A stretch of 64,000 nucleotides of DNA from Deltaproteobacteria bacterium (GCA_029262455.1 JAJCZJ010000020.1:325078-389077), one strand, 5' to 3'. Shown: positions 1 to 10,644, counted from the stretch's first letter. Notes: generated by a model not told the origin, from the sequence alone. Translations and numbers: made by a program.

Positions 1-3000
1 GTCAGATTCCAGAGTGAGAAACGTGACTGTGTCGCGCCCGACTCGATACGGGACTCGCGGATCACATGCCTCAAAGCGGCAAGGTACGATGGCCTGGCCA
101 CTTGGGACAACCTGGCGGGCCTCAAGGTCATACACGTACAGGACGTCGTCCTCGACGTCTCCGTCATCGTTTAGAGGCTTTCCGCCCTGAGAGGCCTCGC
201 TGACTCGATAAGCGAGCAAGGTGGGTGCACAACGATCTTCGTCTCCGCAGTCAGCCTCGGAAGCGCAGGGGCAGCCCGTCGCCCAACAGAACTTTGGACC
301 GAAGACGAAATCCTCGACTGCGAATCCCCCGCCAATGCTCAAGGGGGCATCGCGTTCCGCGTCATAGAGCTGCAGAACCCGATCCTCGACGTCATCGTCC
401 CCATTCAGGTCTTCAGAGCTGGTCTCGGACCGCTCTTCGGCGATGAACGCAACGAACGGCCCCGACGCTTCAATCACGTCGGCTCTCATTTCGACATTGA
501 CCCACGACTCCGGCGCAAGCATCGCCTCGACACCGTGAACACGAACAAAACCATCGCCATCGATCACAGCGATCCACTCAGAAGACATGGATACGTCGGT
601 CGCGATCAATTCCAAACTGACGTCCTCGCCGCCGACAAATCGATGCACCACACCACCATTGAAACTCCCGGTTGCCTCCAAATTCGCCACCGACCCAGCA
701 GGTCCTTCGGGAACCAGATAGCTCGCTCCGCCATTCGCCACCGACACAATCCCAGCAGGACCCAGGATCCGAGTCTCATGGTTACCCGTATCCACTACGT
801 AGAGAACCGTGTCGTTGAAGTCTCCATCCCCCGAATGGTCTACATCACTGCCCTGGATCTGATCACAGCCATGCACAAACACCTGAACAGACTCGTCGCC
901 GTCCGGGCCTAAAACCGCCTGCACTTTAGATTCGAAGACGACAAAATCGCCATCTGCGGAAATCGTCGGAGTAATATGATCAGTCGATCCCAGCACATCG
1001 GCGAACGAAAAAGAGCTGGTCTTGCTAACGAGGGCTGTCATGCCGGTCAACGAATCGTGAATGAACACACCGCCGACGCCTGGGGAATCAGACGGCAGCA
1101 AGGCCGTTGAATTGGTCTCGAAGACTACGAATCGACCATCAGCAGAAATCGACGGCCGATCACTCAATCCGCTCGCTTGCTCACCGCCGGAACCAACAGA
1201 CACACGGCGCGTTACGCCCTCCCCCCGATCTCGAACGAAAACGTCGAAGTCGTTGTTCGTGTCCCCGGCAACGTGCAAAGACCCGTGATCTGCGAACGCA
1301 ACAAATCGCCCATCGCGAGATAGGACGGGAAAGATCCCGCCCGTCGGAACCCGCCGGCCTGACGGGTCAAGCGTTAATCTCTCGTTGGCAGCCGTCCGAT
1401 CATTGAACTCACCGTCGCCATCCGGGTCCCTTTCACGCACATAGAGGGCAAGCCCATTACCAGAGTTTGGACCGCTAGTATCGTTGGGGGTCATGAGCTC
1501 ATCAACAGCCTGAAACACCGCCACCTTCCCGTCTGCCGAGAGTGCGGGTGGGCGAACCGCGGATCTTGTCACCTCGAAGTTCTGGTCCCGGTTGAGGATC
1601 TCACTCGCATCGACATCGTAGTTCCAAACACGCGCATTTTTGAGCGTGCCAAACGCTACAGACCGACCATCGCTCGAAACAAACGAAAGCCCATCAGACA
1701 CGCGGGTACTACCAAATTGCTCTCCGTTTTCATCGACGCTGACCAGCTCCGTATAGACAGAGTCGGGCTCGTCGAATATTCCATCGCCGTCAAAATCTCG
1801 GTCATGAAGAAAGACGTCCCAGCCACACGCGCCCTCACGCGTGTCCCAGTCGACAGAGCACTCGTTCCGGCAGTCCTCGTCAAGACAGAGAGCTACACAC
1901 TTTTCGAAAACTTGACAAGAATTCTCCGCACAGTTGACATCGCCGACAGCGAGATTCGAAGCGAGGCTTTGAAAGACAACGAACCTCCCGGTTTCGGAGA
2001 GCACCGGATCCACACTGAAACAGTTTGCTGGCTCGCGATTCAACCCTCGATTGATCAAGATATTCGCTACATCGCCTGCTTCATCAAAAGTACCATCGCC
2101 GCCAACGTCACGATCACGGACGAAAACACCGCCCCAAAAAGGCGTCTCAACGTCAGCCGCAATCGCCTCGCTGAGCGAAACGAACGCAACATATCTCCCG
2201 TTCGCCGAAATCGAAGGAAGCCCCGCACCCCCGGTGGGATTGAGATCCGGGTCAGTGCTCACGATATGCACGTCGTCGCTCCGACATGCCGCCCGTTCGC
2301 TCGTGCGTACGAAAACCCGCCCCTCCGATACCACGACGCTTCTGCCGTCTACGATTGGAGCAGCATCGACAGCGATAGACTTCGAGAGGTCCACCGAATT
2401 TCCCCCGATCTCGTAAACACGAAGAATCGAGTCAAACTCATCGCCGTCCTGGTTCTTGTCCCTATTCCCTGGTGCCCCCTGAGCAGGTTCGGATTCGAGA
2501 ATCGCGAGAACACCTCCGTCAGTTGCAAGTGCCGGCAAACGAAATGGCCCCTGGGAGACACGCACCACCGCACGACCGCTTTCAGCCTCCTCGCCCAATG
2601 CCTGCACCTCCCCCGTGCTGCGGTCGAATAGGAGAACAACATCATCGTCGGCGTCCTCATCACCGTTCACATCGCGACCGTCAACTCCCTCATCCAGCAC
2701 AACAACCAAGGCTTCGTCACTCAGTGTCAGCCCATCAATCGCGACCGGAAACCCCGCTGTCATCTGGAAGCCAACACAACGACTCCCCGCGCACTGGGCG
2801 TCACTGGTGCAAGGGGCCCCCGAGGCCACACCGGCCTGACAGATACCCTGCTCGAGTCCTGCCGATCCTGAGGTCGCCAGGTCGCCAGTGTCCTGTTCGA
2901 GCAACCGCCGGACCAGAATCGGCCCAAACCCCAAGTGATAACGCGAGGCGAAGTCAAATATTGGGTCGCACTCGTCGCCAGCACACCCTGGAGCGCGACG

Positions 3001-4053
3001 CAGGATGCGGAGCACGGTGCGCGCCGCGTCGACAGTGCCGAAGACGATCGATGCGTCCGACACGCTGCCGTCGGTCCGAGGGTCGAAAACGGGCGGGAGT
3101 AGAGACCCTTCTGGCGACAAGGACTGCAGGAAGTCATTGCTGGGGATTCGGATCGGCGCTGGGTCATCGGGAAACGCCGGGATCGCCAACGCCCCACTCA
3201 GGAGACGCCCGGCCCGTAACAATGGCGACGGCAATACGCCACTCCAGTCCATCGACAATAGGAGATTCCCTTCAGCGTCGGTTGTCATACGAAGCTGCGA
3301 GGCCCCGGGGGCGCAGGGCGGAACAGGATCAAAGCAAAGAGCCTGGAAGTTATTTTCGGGCGGGAGCGCAGTGAAGGATCCAAAGAGCTCGTGTGGCGAG
3401 TCGTCGCAGCTACCATTCGCGGCAAACAGCGAATCGATACACGCCAATCCCTGCGGCGCGGCGGTACAGTCAGCCGTCGCCGCGGCACAAGGCAAAGGAC
3501 TATTGGCAAGACTGACCACAATGCGTGCTGGACCTGCCAGAGTGAGATCGTCAGTGTCGGTACCCACCAGCTCATCCGTATCTGGGAAGACAAACCGAAG
3601 CTTCTTGTCGCCCTCAAGGCTGATCGACGGCACTGCCGCTCCCGGGTCAATCTCGACGCACGAAGTCCCACCAGTCAGGGCCATACACTGCGCGAGCTGC
3701 GGTCGGAGGGAGCTGCAATCGGTAGCCAACGTAACCGCACTAGGCGGCCCACCTGGCGGGATAAAGAAGACCGTAACAACAAGATCTTCGACCAGATCCC
3801 CAAAGGTCGGCACATCCCCATCACACAATGGGCTCAACGTGACTTCGACAACATCGCCAGGGCCAGCGTGCGGACGATCCAGGCTCCCGACTGAGCCGCG
3901 GAGATTCTTCGACACACCCGGAATCACGTTACACGCCGCACCCGCATCCCGAGGCGCCATCAACAACACAGTCACGATCAGCAACGGAACGAAACAGCGG
4001 TACGAGTCGAGATCGGTACGATTCGTGACGAGACTTGCAGCAAACTGAAACAT
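1..4053 (-). CDS. Large secreted repeat protein, C-terminus cut by the window edge; PD40/TolB-like beta-propeller blades plus Asp-rich DxDGD loops
   Basis: Absent from the ORF track because it has no in-window stop. My reverse translation from ATG 4053 gives MFQFAASLVTNRTDLDSYRCFVPLLIVTVLLMAPRDAGAAC (signal-like) and remains in frame to nt 1 (...KPLNDDGDVEDDVLYVYDLEARQVV...TFLTLESD). Repeats SADGRFVVFES, SRDGRFVAFAD and DPDGDGEFND. All listed minus-strand ORFs here are in another frame. Confidence 0.75.
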   Translation of the reverse strand, partial: MFQFAASLVTNRTDLDSYRCFVPLLIVTVLLMAPRDAGAACNVIPGVSKNLRGSVGSLDRPHAGPGDVVEVTLSPLCDGDVPTFGDLVEDLVVTVFFIPPGGPPSAVTLATDCSSLRPQLAQCMALTGGTSCVEIDPGAAVPSISLEGDKKLRFVFPDTDELVGTDTDDLTLAGPARIVVSLANSPLPCAAATADCTAAPQGLACIDSLFAANGSCDDSPHELFGSFTALPPENNFQALCFDPVPPCAPGASQLRMTTDAEGNLLLSMDWSGVLPSPLLRAGRLLSGALAIPAFPDDPAPIRIPSNDFLQSLSPEGSLLPPVFDPRTDGSVSDASIVFGTVDAARTVLRILRRAPGCAGDECDPIFDFASRYHLGFGPILVRRLLEQDTGDLATSGSAGLEQGICQAGVASGAPCTSDAQCAGSRCVGFQMTAGFPVAIDGLTLSDEALVVVLDEGVDGRDVNGDEDADDDVVLLFDRSTGEVQALGEEAESGRAVVRVSQGPFRLPALATDGGVLAILESEPAQGAPGNRDKNQDGDEFDSILRVYEIGGNSVDLSKSIAVDAAPIVDGRSVVVSEGRVFVRTSERAACRSDDVHIVSTDPDLNPTGGAGLPSISANGRYVAFVSLSEAIAADVETPFWGGVFVRDRDVGGDGTFDEAGDVANILINRGLNREPANCFSVDPVLSETGRFVVFQSLASNLAVGDVNCAENSCQVFEKCVALCLDEDCRNECSVDWDTREGACGWDVFLHDRDFDGDGIFDEPDSVYTELVSVDENGEQFGSTRVSDGLSFVSSDGRSVAFGTLKNARVWNYDVDASEILNRDQNFEVTRSAVRPPALSADGKVAVFQAVDELMTPNDTSGPNSGNGLALYVRERDPDGDGEFNDRTAANERLTLDPSGRRVPTGGIFPVLSRDGRFVAFADHGSLHVAGDTNNDFDVFVRDRGEGVTRRVSVGSGGEQASGLSDRPSISADGRFVVFETNSTALLPSDSPGVGGVFIHDSLTGMTALVSKTSSFSFADVLGSTDHITPTISADGDFVVFESKVQAVLGPDGDESVQVFVHGCDQIQGSDVDHSGDGDFNDTVLYVVDTGNHETRILGPAGIVSVANGGASYLVPEGPAGSVANLEATGSFNGGVVHRFVGGEDVSLELIATDVSMSSEWIAVIDGDGFVRVHGVEAMLAPESWVNVEMRADVIEASGPFVAFIAEERSETSSEDLNGDDDVEDRVLQLYDAERDAPLSIGGGFAVEDFVFGPKFCWATGCPCASEADCGDEDRCAPTLLAYRVSEASQGGKPLNDDGDVEDDVLYVYDLEARQVVPSGQAIVPCRFEACDPRVPYRVGRDTVTFLTLESD

Positions 4054-4393
4054 TCCCACCCCCGTCGTGCGTCTAGTCTAACAGATAGTACTCGTTCTCT
4101 ACTGAGCAATTCCCGCGCCACCCCGAAGACCCGCTTAGCACTAAAGCTCACTTCGACCGGAGTGGGCAAACGTCTTCTCACTCGATCCGCCGACGAGCAG
4201 ATTGCTACCCGGTGCCATCCGCCCGGCATCGCCCAGGCCGAGCTGAGTGAGGGCGGCACGAAACTTGACCTCCCTCCAAGCCATGACTCGACACAGCTTC
4301 GGTTCGATCGAAAAGGCTTACGAAACGATCGGCCCCCGAGAGCTCAATCAGGGAAGGGAACGCTCGGCGAGCGGCCCAAGGAGAGGAGCACCA

Positions 4394-5590
4394 ATGACAA
4401 ATCTTGTTCAAGGACTCGTAAACGATCAGCGATCACGGATAGCCAAAATCGAACATGCCTCGGCGCCGAGGCATCGGACCAACCGGGCCAGCCGGTACGT
4501 CCTAGCCGCGTACGCCGCCCTCGCGATCGGCTTGGCTGGCACTTCCATCGCCTACGCCGAGTGCACAACTCGGATCGAAGGCAACAACTTCATCATTGAG
4601 GGGTGCAACGTTCACGTCCGGGATGGCAGCGGCGGTACCGACTGCGACACTTTGGCCGGCTGCAGCGGTCTCGGCAACATCGTACTCGGCTACAATGAAG
4701 ACACCGGGGACCCAAGCCCCAGAGGCGGCCAGCACAACTTGGTGGTCGGCCCTGACCACAGCTACACGAGCTCGGGAGGCTTGGTTGCCGGCCGGTCGAA
4801 CACTGTGAGTGGTGCAAACTCTTCGGTGTTTGGCGGCGGCGGGAATGTCGCTAGCGGCCTTGCTTCGTCGATCACTGGGGGAGGACTAAACATCGCAAAC
4901 GGCTGGGCCGTCACTGTCGGCGGCGGAATCAGGAATAAAGCCACCGGACCGTTCTCGACAGTTGCCGGCGGGTCCGACAATTGGACCCCCGGTCTCTTCA
5001 GCTCGGCCACGGGAGGCTTCGGAAACACAGCAGCCGGAGACCGGTCAGCAGTCACAGGCGGGTCCGAAAACACCGCGTCAGGATTCGCTTCAAGTGTCGT
5101 CGCTGGAATCGACAACGCAGCCACCGGAGCTGGTGCTTCGGTGGTCGGCGGTCGGACGAACATCGCTAGCGGCAACGGCAGCACGGTCTCGGGCGGCGAG
5201 AACAACACCGCGCAGGGCATCTCTTCCTCTGTGTCCGGTGGTGGCGACTCAGATCCAGCCAACGGGAACATAGCGTCTGGCGACTATGCGTCGGTATCCG
5301 GCGGAGGAAAGAACCAAGCAAGCGGCCCGTACGCTGCCGTCAGCGGCGGCGCAAACAACAATGCTAGCGCGGAACTGTCGAGCATCAACGGCGGCGCCGG
5401 CAACATCGCGAGCGGACAGTCCGCGACGGTCAGCGGTGGCGTTTCGAACGAGGCGTCGGGTTTGGAGTCGGTCATCAGCGGCGGCGTCCAGAATACGGCC
5501 GACGACATCGGTTCGACAGTAAGCGGCGGCGATCAACTGACGACGACGAGCCTCTTCGATCATCAGCCAGCTTGCAGCTGCGGGCCTTGA
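4394..5590 (+). CDS. Secreted or membrane-anchored protein made of 14-15-residue Gly/Ser/Asn repeats (YadA-head / Hep_Hag-like beta-roll), no autotransporter anchor
   Basis: ORF 4247..5590. Start moved to ATG 4394, preceded by GGAGAGGAG. N-terminal hydrophobic segment YVLAAYAALAIGLAGTSIAYA. About 20 repeats of the type S.VSGG..N.A.G.. Confidence 0.7.
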   Translation: MTNLVQGLVNDQRSRIAKIEHASAPRHRTNRASRYVLAAYAALAIGLAGTSIAYAECTTRIEGNNFIIEGCNVHVRDGSGGTDCDTLAGCSGLGNIVLGYNEDTGDPSPRGGQHNLVVGPDHSYTSSGGLVAGRSNTVSGANSSVFGGGGNVASGLASSITGGGLNIANGWAVTVGGGIRNKATGPFSTVAGGSDNWTPGLFSSATGGFGNTAAGDRSAVTGGSENTASGFASSVVAGIDNAATGAGASVVGGRTNIASGNGSTVSGGENNTAQGISSSVSGGGDSDPANGNIASGDYASVSGGGKNQASGPYAAVSGGANNNASAELSSINGGAGNIASGQSATVSGGVSNEASGLESVISGGVQNTADDIGSTVSGGDQLTTTSLFDHQPACSCGP

Positions 5591-5692
5591 TTCGGGCTCC
5601 GTCCACACTCCGAAGCACTGTCTTGCAGCCGTCGAGCCCATTCCGTGGCCAGCAAGTTCAGTACACATCGCGCACCTATCGGGAGGAAGACA

Positions 5693-7879
5693 ATGAAACA
5701 GCGAACAAAACACGTCCGCAAACCCGCGACCTCAAAATCGATGGTGATCATCGTATCGGTCGCACTCTCGTTGTCGCTACACGTCGCGACGGCCGACGCA
5801 GCTGTCTGTAACGCTGCGGATCTCTGCAGCCCAGGTCTGACCCTCTGCACGATCAACGGCACACACGAAATCGGCGACTTCTGCGAGCTCGATTTTCGCG
5901 GTCTGGCCGTTGCCAAGGTCGTACTGAACGGAACGCTGCAATCCGAAATCCCTGGTGGAGGTTTCGACATTCTCTCCAACGAGTTCACCCTGAACGGGAC
6001 GATCGCTGCATCTGGATCGATCGACGACACCGGCGGATCTATTTGGATCAACGCCGCGGGCGATTTCATACTCGCCAGCGGAAGGATCAATGTCTCCGGC
6101 CCGTCAGGCGCCGGAGACATTGACATCACCGCGACCGGGTCTGTCGACCTCCTGTCCGGCAGCGGCGCTGGGTTGCGCGCCGAGGGAACTACGCGAGAGG
6201 CTGACGGCGGAGCCGTCGCGATTGATGCCACGGGCCCCCTGCGCATTCATCGCAAGATCGCTACCTCCGGCGGCAACGACTCGAGCGGCGGCGACATCAA
6301 TCTCCGCGGCGCCACGATTGATATCGACGCTGAGCTCGATGTCCGCGCAAACTCCTCCGGATTGATCGAAGTGCTGGCAACTGGCGACCTGGAGATCGGC
6401 CCTAGCGGTCGCCTGCTGACGAAGGCCGTGCCCTTCGAGGACTCGGCGTCGTCCGCCGGAGATGTCGACCTCTTCTCTTTCGAAGGTAGCATCCTCATCG
6501 ACGGACAGATCGATGTCGACGGCGCCGCCGACACCGACGGCGCCGTCGTTTACCTCGACGCCGAGACCGACCTCACAGTGAACGGCGAGATTTTCGCAAG
6601 AGGAGGCAGCCTCTCAGCGAGTGGCGGTAGTATCGAAGCCTTCGCTAAGGGCGATCTGTCACTCTCCGGAAAGCTGTCGGTCGACGGCAACGGCGGCGAG
6701 AACGACGCCGGAGCCATCTCGATCGATGTCGACGGAGTTGCGCAAGTCACGGGTGAAGTGTCGGCAAACGGCGGTGCTCTATTCGGAAGCGGCGGATACA
6801 TCGACATCTTCGCAGACCAACTAAGCGTTCAGTCGCCAAGTAGTCTCCAAGTCAACGGTGGCGGCGGCGGCGGCTCTATCTTCGCAGAATCCCGCGCCGG
6901 CGACGCGATAGTCGGCGGTACTATGAAAGCAAACGGAACGGGAGGTAGCTTTGCCGGCGACATCGAGGTCCAAGCTCGCTGCCTGGTCGAAATCGGCGGA
7001 ACTGTAGAGGCCAAAGGAGAACCCGACGGTGCGATAACCCTCCAAGGCGAACAGATCTCAATTCTCTCCAACGCCAAGTTGATGGCAGCCTGCGGTCCCG
7101 CCGCTGACTGTATCCTCTTCCGAATCCGCCAAGTTTCTCCGACGAATCCAGACGTTCATCCACAGGCCATGGTCGATCCTCCTCCAACCGTCCAAGAGAT
7201 CCCCACGCTTCCAGCCTGTATCCCGCCAACACCGACACCAACCAGCACGCCGACAGCGACGCCCACCGCGACGCCGACCGCGACCGCAACCCCGACGGCG
7301 ACAGAATTACCCAGCGCAACCGCGACACCGACCCTAAGCACTCTGTGCGATACGGAGCCTAGGGACGATTGCGCCGAAGCGACGAGATCGTCCCTGTTGA
7401 TAAGGACGGACGCCGATCCAGAGCGCCAGAAGCTCATTTGGAAATGGTTGGGCGACGACCCCAACGGTTCTTTTTCGTTCGGCGCTCCCGACTCCATGAC
7501 GCGGTACCAATTCTGTGTGTACGAACAAATCGACCTCTTCGCGGCGCTTGAAATACCTCCCGCAACGACTTGCGGAACGAAACCGTGCTGGAAGCGCCTC
7601 GGGCCTACCTCCGAGCCACGGGGCTTTCGCTACAAAGATACCGATCTATCTTCAGACGGAATTCGCGTCCTACTCCTCAAAGCCAGCCAGGCAGGGACAA
7701 CGAAAGCAAAGGTCCTAGCAAAGGACGAAAACCTTCCATTCCCGTCTGCACTGGCGCTGGCACCTGAGGTCACGGTACAACTCGTCAACGATCTGGCCGC
7801 TAGTCCCTGCTGGTCGACGACGTATCAAGAAGAAGATGTGGTTCGGAACGACGACTCGCAGTTCAAAGCAAAACGTTGA
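5693..7879 (+). CDS. Secreted beta-helix-like repeat protein with a Pro-Thr linker and a Cys-containing C-terminal domain
   Basis: ORF 5645..7879. ATG 5693 follows GGGAGGAAG. Signal-like MKQRTKHVRKPATSKSMVIIVSVALSLSLHVATADA. Repeats GG.I.I.A.GDL.L.G.L.VDG. PT linker PTPTPTSTPTATPTATPTATATPTA at about nt 7223-7337. Confidence 0.75.
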   Translation: MKQRTKHVRKPATSKSMVIIVSVALSLSLHVATADAAVCNAADLCSPGLTLCTINGTHEIGDFCELDFRGLAVAKVVLNGTLQSEIPGGGFDILSNEFTLNGTIAASGSIDDTGGSIWINAAGDFILASGRINVSGPSGAGDIDITATGSVDLLSGSGAGLRAEGTTREADGGAVAIDATGPLRIHRKIATSGGNDSSGGDINLRGATIDIDAELDVRANSSGLIEVLATGDLEIGPSGRLLTKAVPFEDSASSAGDVDLFSFEGSILIDGQIDVDGAADTDGAVVYLDAETDLTVNGEIFARGGSLSASGGSIEAFAKGDLSLSGKLSVDGNGGENDAGAISIDVDGVAQVTGEVSANGGALFGSGGYIDIFADQLSVQSPSSLQVNGGGGGGSIFAESRAGDAIVGGTMKANGTGGSFAGDIEVQARCLVEIGGTVEAKGEPDGAITLQGEQISILSNAKLMAACGPAADCILFRIRQVSPTNPDVHPQAMVDPPPTVQEIPTLPACIPPTPTPTSTPTATPTATPTATATPTATELPSATATPTLSTLCDTEPRDDCAEATRSSLLIRTDADPERQKLIWKWLGDDPNGSFSFGAPDSMTRYQFCVYEQIDLFAALEIPPATTCGTKPCWKRLGPTSEPRGFRYKDTDLSSDGIRVLLLKASQAGTTKAKVLAKDENLPFPSALALAPEVTVQLVNDLAASPCWSTTYQEEDVVRNDDSQFKAKR

Positions 7880-9401
7880 TGCGCGCGGCGGAACCGCCAC
7901 TGGAGCACAGGCCATCTGCCTCCTGGTCGGTTCCGTCGTTGCCTATTCGACGACATTCGCACCCTGGAACGCTTCCGCACTGTCATGGATCGCCCTGACT
8001 CCCCTATTCTGGATCCTACAAAGCCAGACACCGGCCCAAGGCGCTCTCATTGGCCTGGCCTGGGGGACGGGCGCCATTTGGGGTGTCGGCTACTGGGTCC
8101 CTTCAGCCCTCGCGCATTACTACCAGCAGCCTCTGTGGTTCGGTTACCTGTTCGCCATCGGCGCGTCGCTTATCTTCGCGGGATCTTACACCGCTGGGTT
8201 CGCCGCCTGCGCGGCGTACGTCAGCTCGAAGCGATCGGGTTTGGCTAGAATCTTGACGGTCACTTGCCTGTGGGTCGCATGGGAACTAGCGCGAGCGCGT
8301 CTACTGACCGGCGACCCCTGGCTGCTCAGCGGATACGGCATCCTCACCTACAATCATCTGGCACAGACCGCAGACATCGGCGGTGTTTACATGCTTTCGT
8401 TCCTAATCGCACTGGTCAACGCAACCATGGCCGAGGTGATCGCGACCCGACCACTACAAAGAATTGTACCGCTTGCATTGATGACCGCCTGCATTCTGGT
8501 CGTCGCCAATGGTTACGGCTCTTTTCGGCTTCATCAACCTTTCCCATCTGAACCCGAGCTTGCCATCGCGGTCGTCCAGGGAAACAACGACGTCGGTTCC
8601 CAGTGGGAGTCCAAACATTACGGCCAAGGCTTGCGCACCTATCTTCAGCTCAGCACTGACGCTGCCGACAGCAAGCCCCGCTTGCTCGTATGGCCTGAAA
8701 ACGCGGTCACATTCTTTCTTGCGCACGAACCGACTTATCGATCGATAATCGGCAGAACCCTAAGTAGTCTCAACGCGGACCTGATCATCGGGACACCACA
8801 CTTCGAATCGGAAGATCCCGCACGACCGATCTATTTCAATTCAGCTTTCTACCTCTCAAAGAACGGCGAGATTCGCGACCGCTACGACAAAGTGCACCTG
8901 TTGCCCTTCGCAGAATATTTCCCACTCCACGCGATCGGGCTGTTGCGAAGAAACTTCGCGCGCGTCCGGTCGTTCGAAGAGGGGCGGGAGACCCGTCCCC
9001 TCGATACACAGTTCGGCCCAATCGCCACCTTGATCTGTTTCGAGGGCATCTTTCCTGAACTCGCACGCAGTCAGATGAACCAGGGAGCTTCCCTCCTTGT
9101 CAACCTATCAAACGACGCTTGGCTCGGCTCCACCATCGGTGCCGAACAGCACCTCTCGATGGTCGCTCTACGCGCCATCGAGAACCGTACATGGGTCATA
9201 CGCGCAACGACGACCGGCATCTCAGCGATCGTCGCCCCCGACGGACGCGTGGTGGCCCGAACAAACTCCCTCGAGAAAGCCTTGCTCCAGAAAACGGTAA
9301 TCCCGATGCAGATTTCGACTTTCTACAAACGGTGGGGCGATCTGTTCGCTTACGCGTGCTTGACATTCGCCGTCATCGGCACGGCAACTCGCCGCCACTG
9401 A
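7836..9401 (+). CDS. lnt: Apolipoprotein N-acyltransferase
   Basis: Multi-TM N-terminus plus CN-hydrolase motifs VVQGN, LLVWPENAV, FNSAFYL, YDKVHLLPFAEYFP, ICFEGIFPE, NLSNDAW. Start uncertain: 7836 overlaps the upstream stop by 44 nt. Confidence 0.85.
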   Translation: MWFGTTTRSSKQNVDARGGTATGAQAICLLVGSVVAYSTTFAPWNASALSWIALTPLFWILQSQTPAQGALIGLAWGTGAIWGVGYWVPSALAHYYQQPLWFGYLFAIGASLIFAGSYTAGFAACAAYVSSKRSGLARILTVTCLWVAWELARARLLTGDPWLLSGYGILTYNHLAQTADIGGVYMLSFLIALVNATMAEVIATRPLQRIVPLALMTACILVVANGYGSFRLHQPFPSEPELAIAVVQGNNDVGSQWESKHYGQGLRTYLQLSTDAADSKPRLLVWPENAVTFFLAHEPTYRSIIGRTLSSLNADLIIGTPHFESEDPARPIYFNSAFYLSKNGEIRDRYDKVHLLPFAEYFPLHAIGLLRRNFARVRSFEEGRETRPLDTQFGPIATLICFEGIFPELARSQMNQGASLLVNLSNDAWLGSTIGAEQHLSMVALRAIENRTWVIRATTTGISAIVAPDGRVVARTNSLEKALLQKTVIPMQISTFYKRWGDLFAYACLTFAVIGTATRRH

Positions 9402-9587
9402 ACTCGGGCTGTGATCTGGGGAAGCGATAGCGCATTCCGACACCATCTCGGGTACAACTGCCATGTCCAAAGCTACCGACAAGCCTGTATTGAAAACGAA
9501 GCGAGAAATTGTAGGCTCCTGAATGTCTCTGGGCCCGACGCGACTTTTCGCCGAAAACTGCCCAGCACTCTTTAAGGAGCGGTTCTC

Positions 9588-10637
9588 ATGCGCAGCGCCA
9601 AAGACTTCTTCAAACCCCTAGCGATCGGTGCCCCGGAGCCACTTCGCGAAGTTCCGTTCCGGCCTTCGCGCATGATCCATTTTTTCGATCCGAGCAATCC
9701 GAAGATGGCGGCGAAGGTGCCGGACATCGCGAAACGCTGCGATGTCGTCCTCGGCAATCTCGAGGATGCTGTCGCCGCCGACCGCAAGATTGCCGCGCGC
9801 GAGGGGCTGGTCAAGATCGGCCGCGACACCGATTTCGGCAATGCGCAGCTGTGGACACGCATCAACAGCTTGGACTCACCTTGGGCGCTGGACGATCTCA
9901 CCCAACTCATCTCTGAAATTGGCGACAAGTTGGACGTGATCATGATCCCCAAAGTCGAAGGCGATTGGGACATTCACTACGCCGACCGCCTGGTCGCCCA
10001 ACTCGAGGCCCGTGCCGGACTCAAGAAGCCTCTGCTCTTCCATGCAATTCTCGAAACGGCCACCGGCGTCAGCAACGTCGAAGAGATTTGTGGCGCTAGC
10101 CCGCGCATGCAAGGGCTCTCGCTCGGACCGGCTGACCTCGCCGCGTCGCGGCGAATGAAAACGACACGGGTCGGCGGCGGGCACCCAGGATATATCGTCC
10201 GCACCGATCCCGACCCGGCCAACGAAGACGCGCCCCGCCCTACCGCGCAACAAGATCTTTGGCACTACACCTTGGCGCGCATGGTCGACGCCTGTAACGC
10301 ACACGGCATCCTGCCGTACTACGGACCGTTCGGCGACATCAAAGACACCCTCGCTTGCGAGGACCAGTTCCGAAACGCCTTCCTCCTGGGATGTGTCGGG
10401 GCGTGGAGTTTGCACCCGGTTCAGATCGACATCGCCAAGAAAGTCTTCTCTCCCCCCGCCGAGGAAGTGCTGTGGGCCAAGCGGGTCATCGCCGAGATGG
10501 GTGACGGCACCGGCGCCGTCATGATCGACGGCAAGATGCAGGACGACGCCACGTTCAAGCAGTGCGTCGTCATGGTCGACCTGGCCGAAAAGCTCGCCGC
10601 CAACGACGACGATCTCAAGAAGGCTTACGAACTCTAG
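9588..10637 (+). CDS. mcl: L-malyl-CoA/beta-methylmalyl-CoA lyase (HpcH/HpaI aldolase / CitE-like family)
   Basis: Collinear with Chloroflexus/Rhodobacter Mcl as I recall them: [92 protein letters not shown] at 9574-9579. Confidence 0.9.
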   Translation: MRSAKDFFKPLAIGAPEPLREVPFRPSRMIHFFDPSNPKMAAKVPDIAKRCDVVLGNLEDAVAADRKIAAREGLVKIGRDTDFGNAQLWTRINSLDSPWALDDLTQLISEIGDKLDVIMIPKVEGDWDIHYADRLVAQLEARAGLKKPLLFHAILETATGVSNVEEICGASPRMQGLSLGPADLAASRRMKTTRVGGGHPGYIVRTDPDPANEDAPRPTAQQDLWHYTLARMVDACNAHGILPYYGPFGDIKDTLACEDQFRNAFLLGCVGAWSLHPVQIDIAKKVFSPPAEEVLWAKRVIAEMGDGTGAVMIDGKMQDDATFKQCVVMVDLAEKLAANDDDLKKAYEL

Positions 10638-10644
10638 TCGTCGC

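Noticed and set aside
1717-4048. Plus-strand ORFs 1717..2631, 2472..3374 and 3005..4048 (300-347 aa).
   Set aside because: They lie antisense or out of frame to the continuous minus-strand ORF 1-4053. Their products are Arg/Pro/Ser-rich with no motifs, which is the typical shadow-ORF signature of GC-rich DNA.
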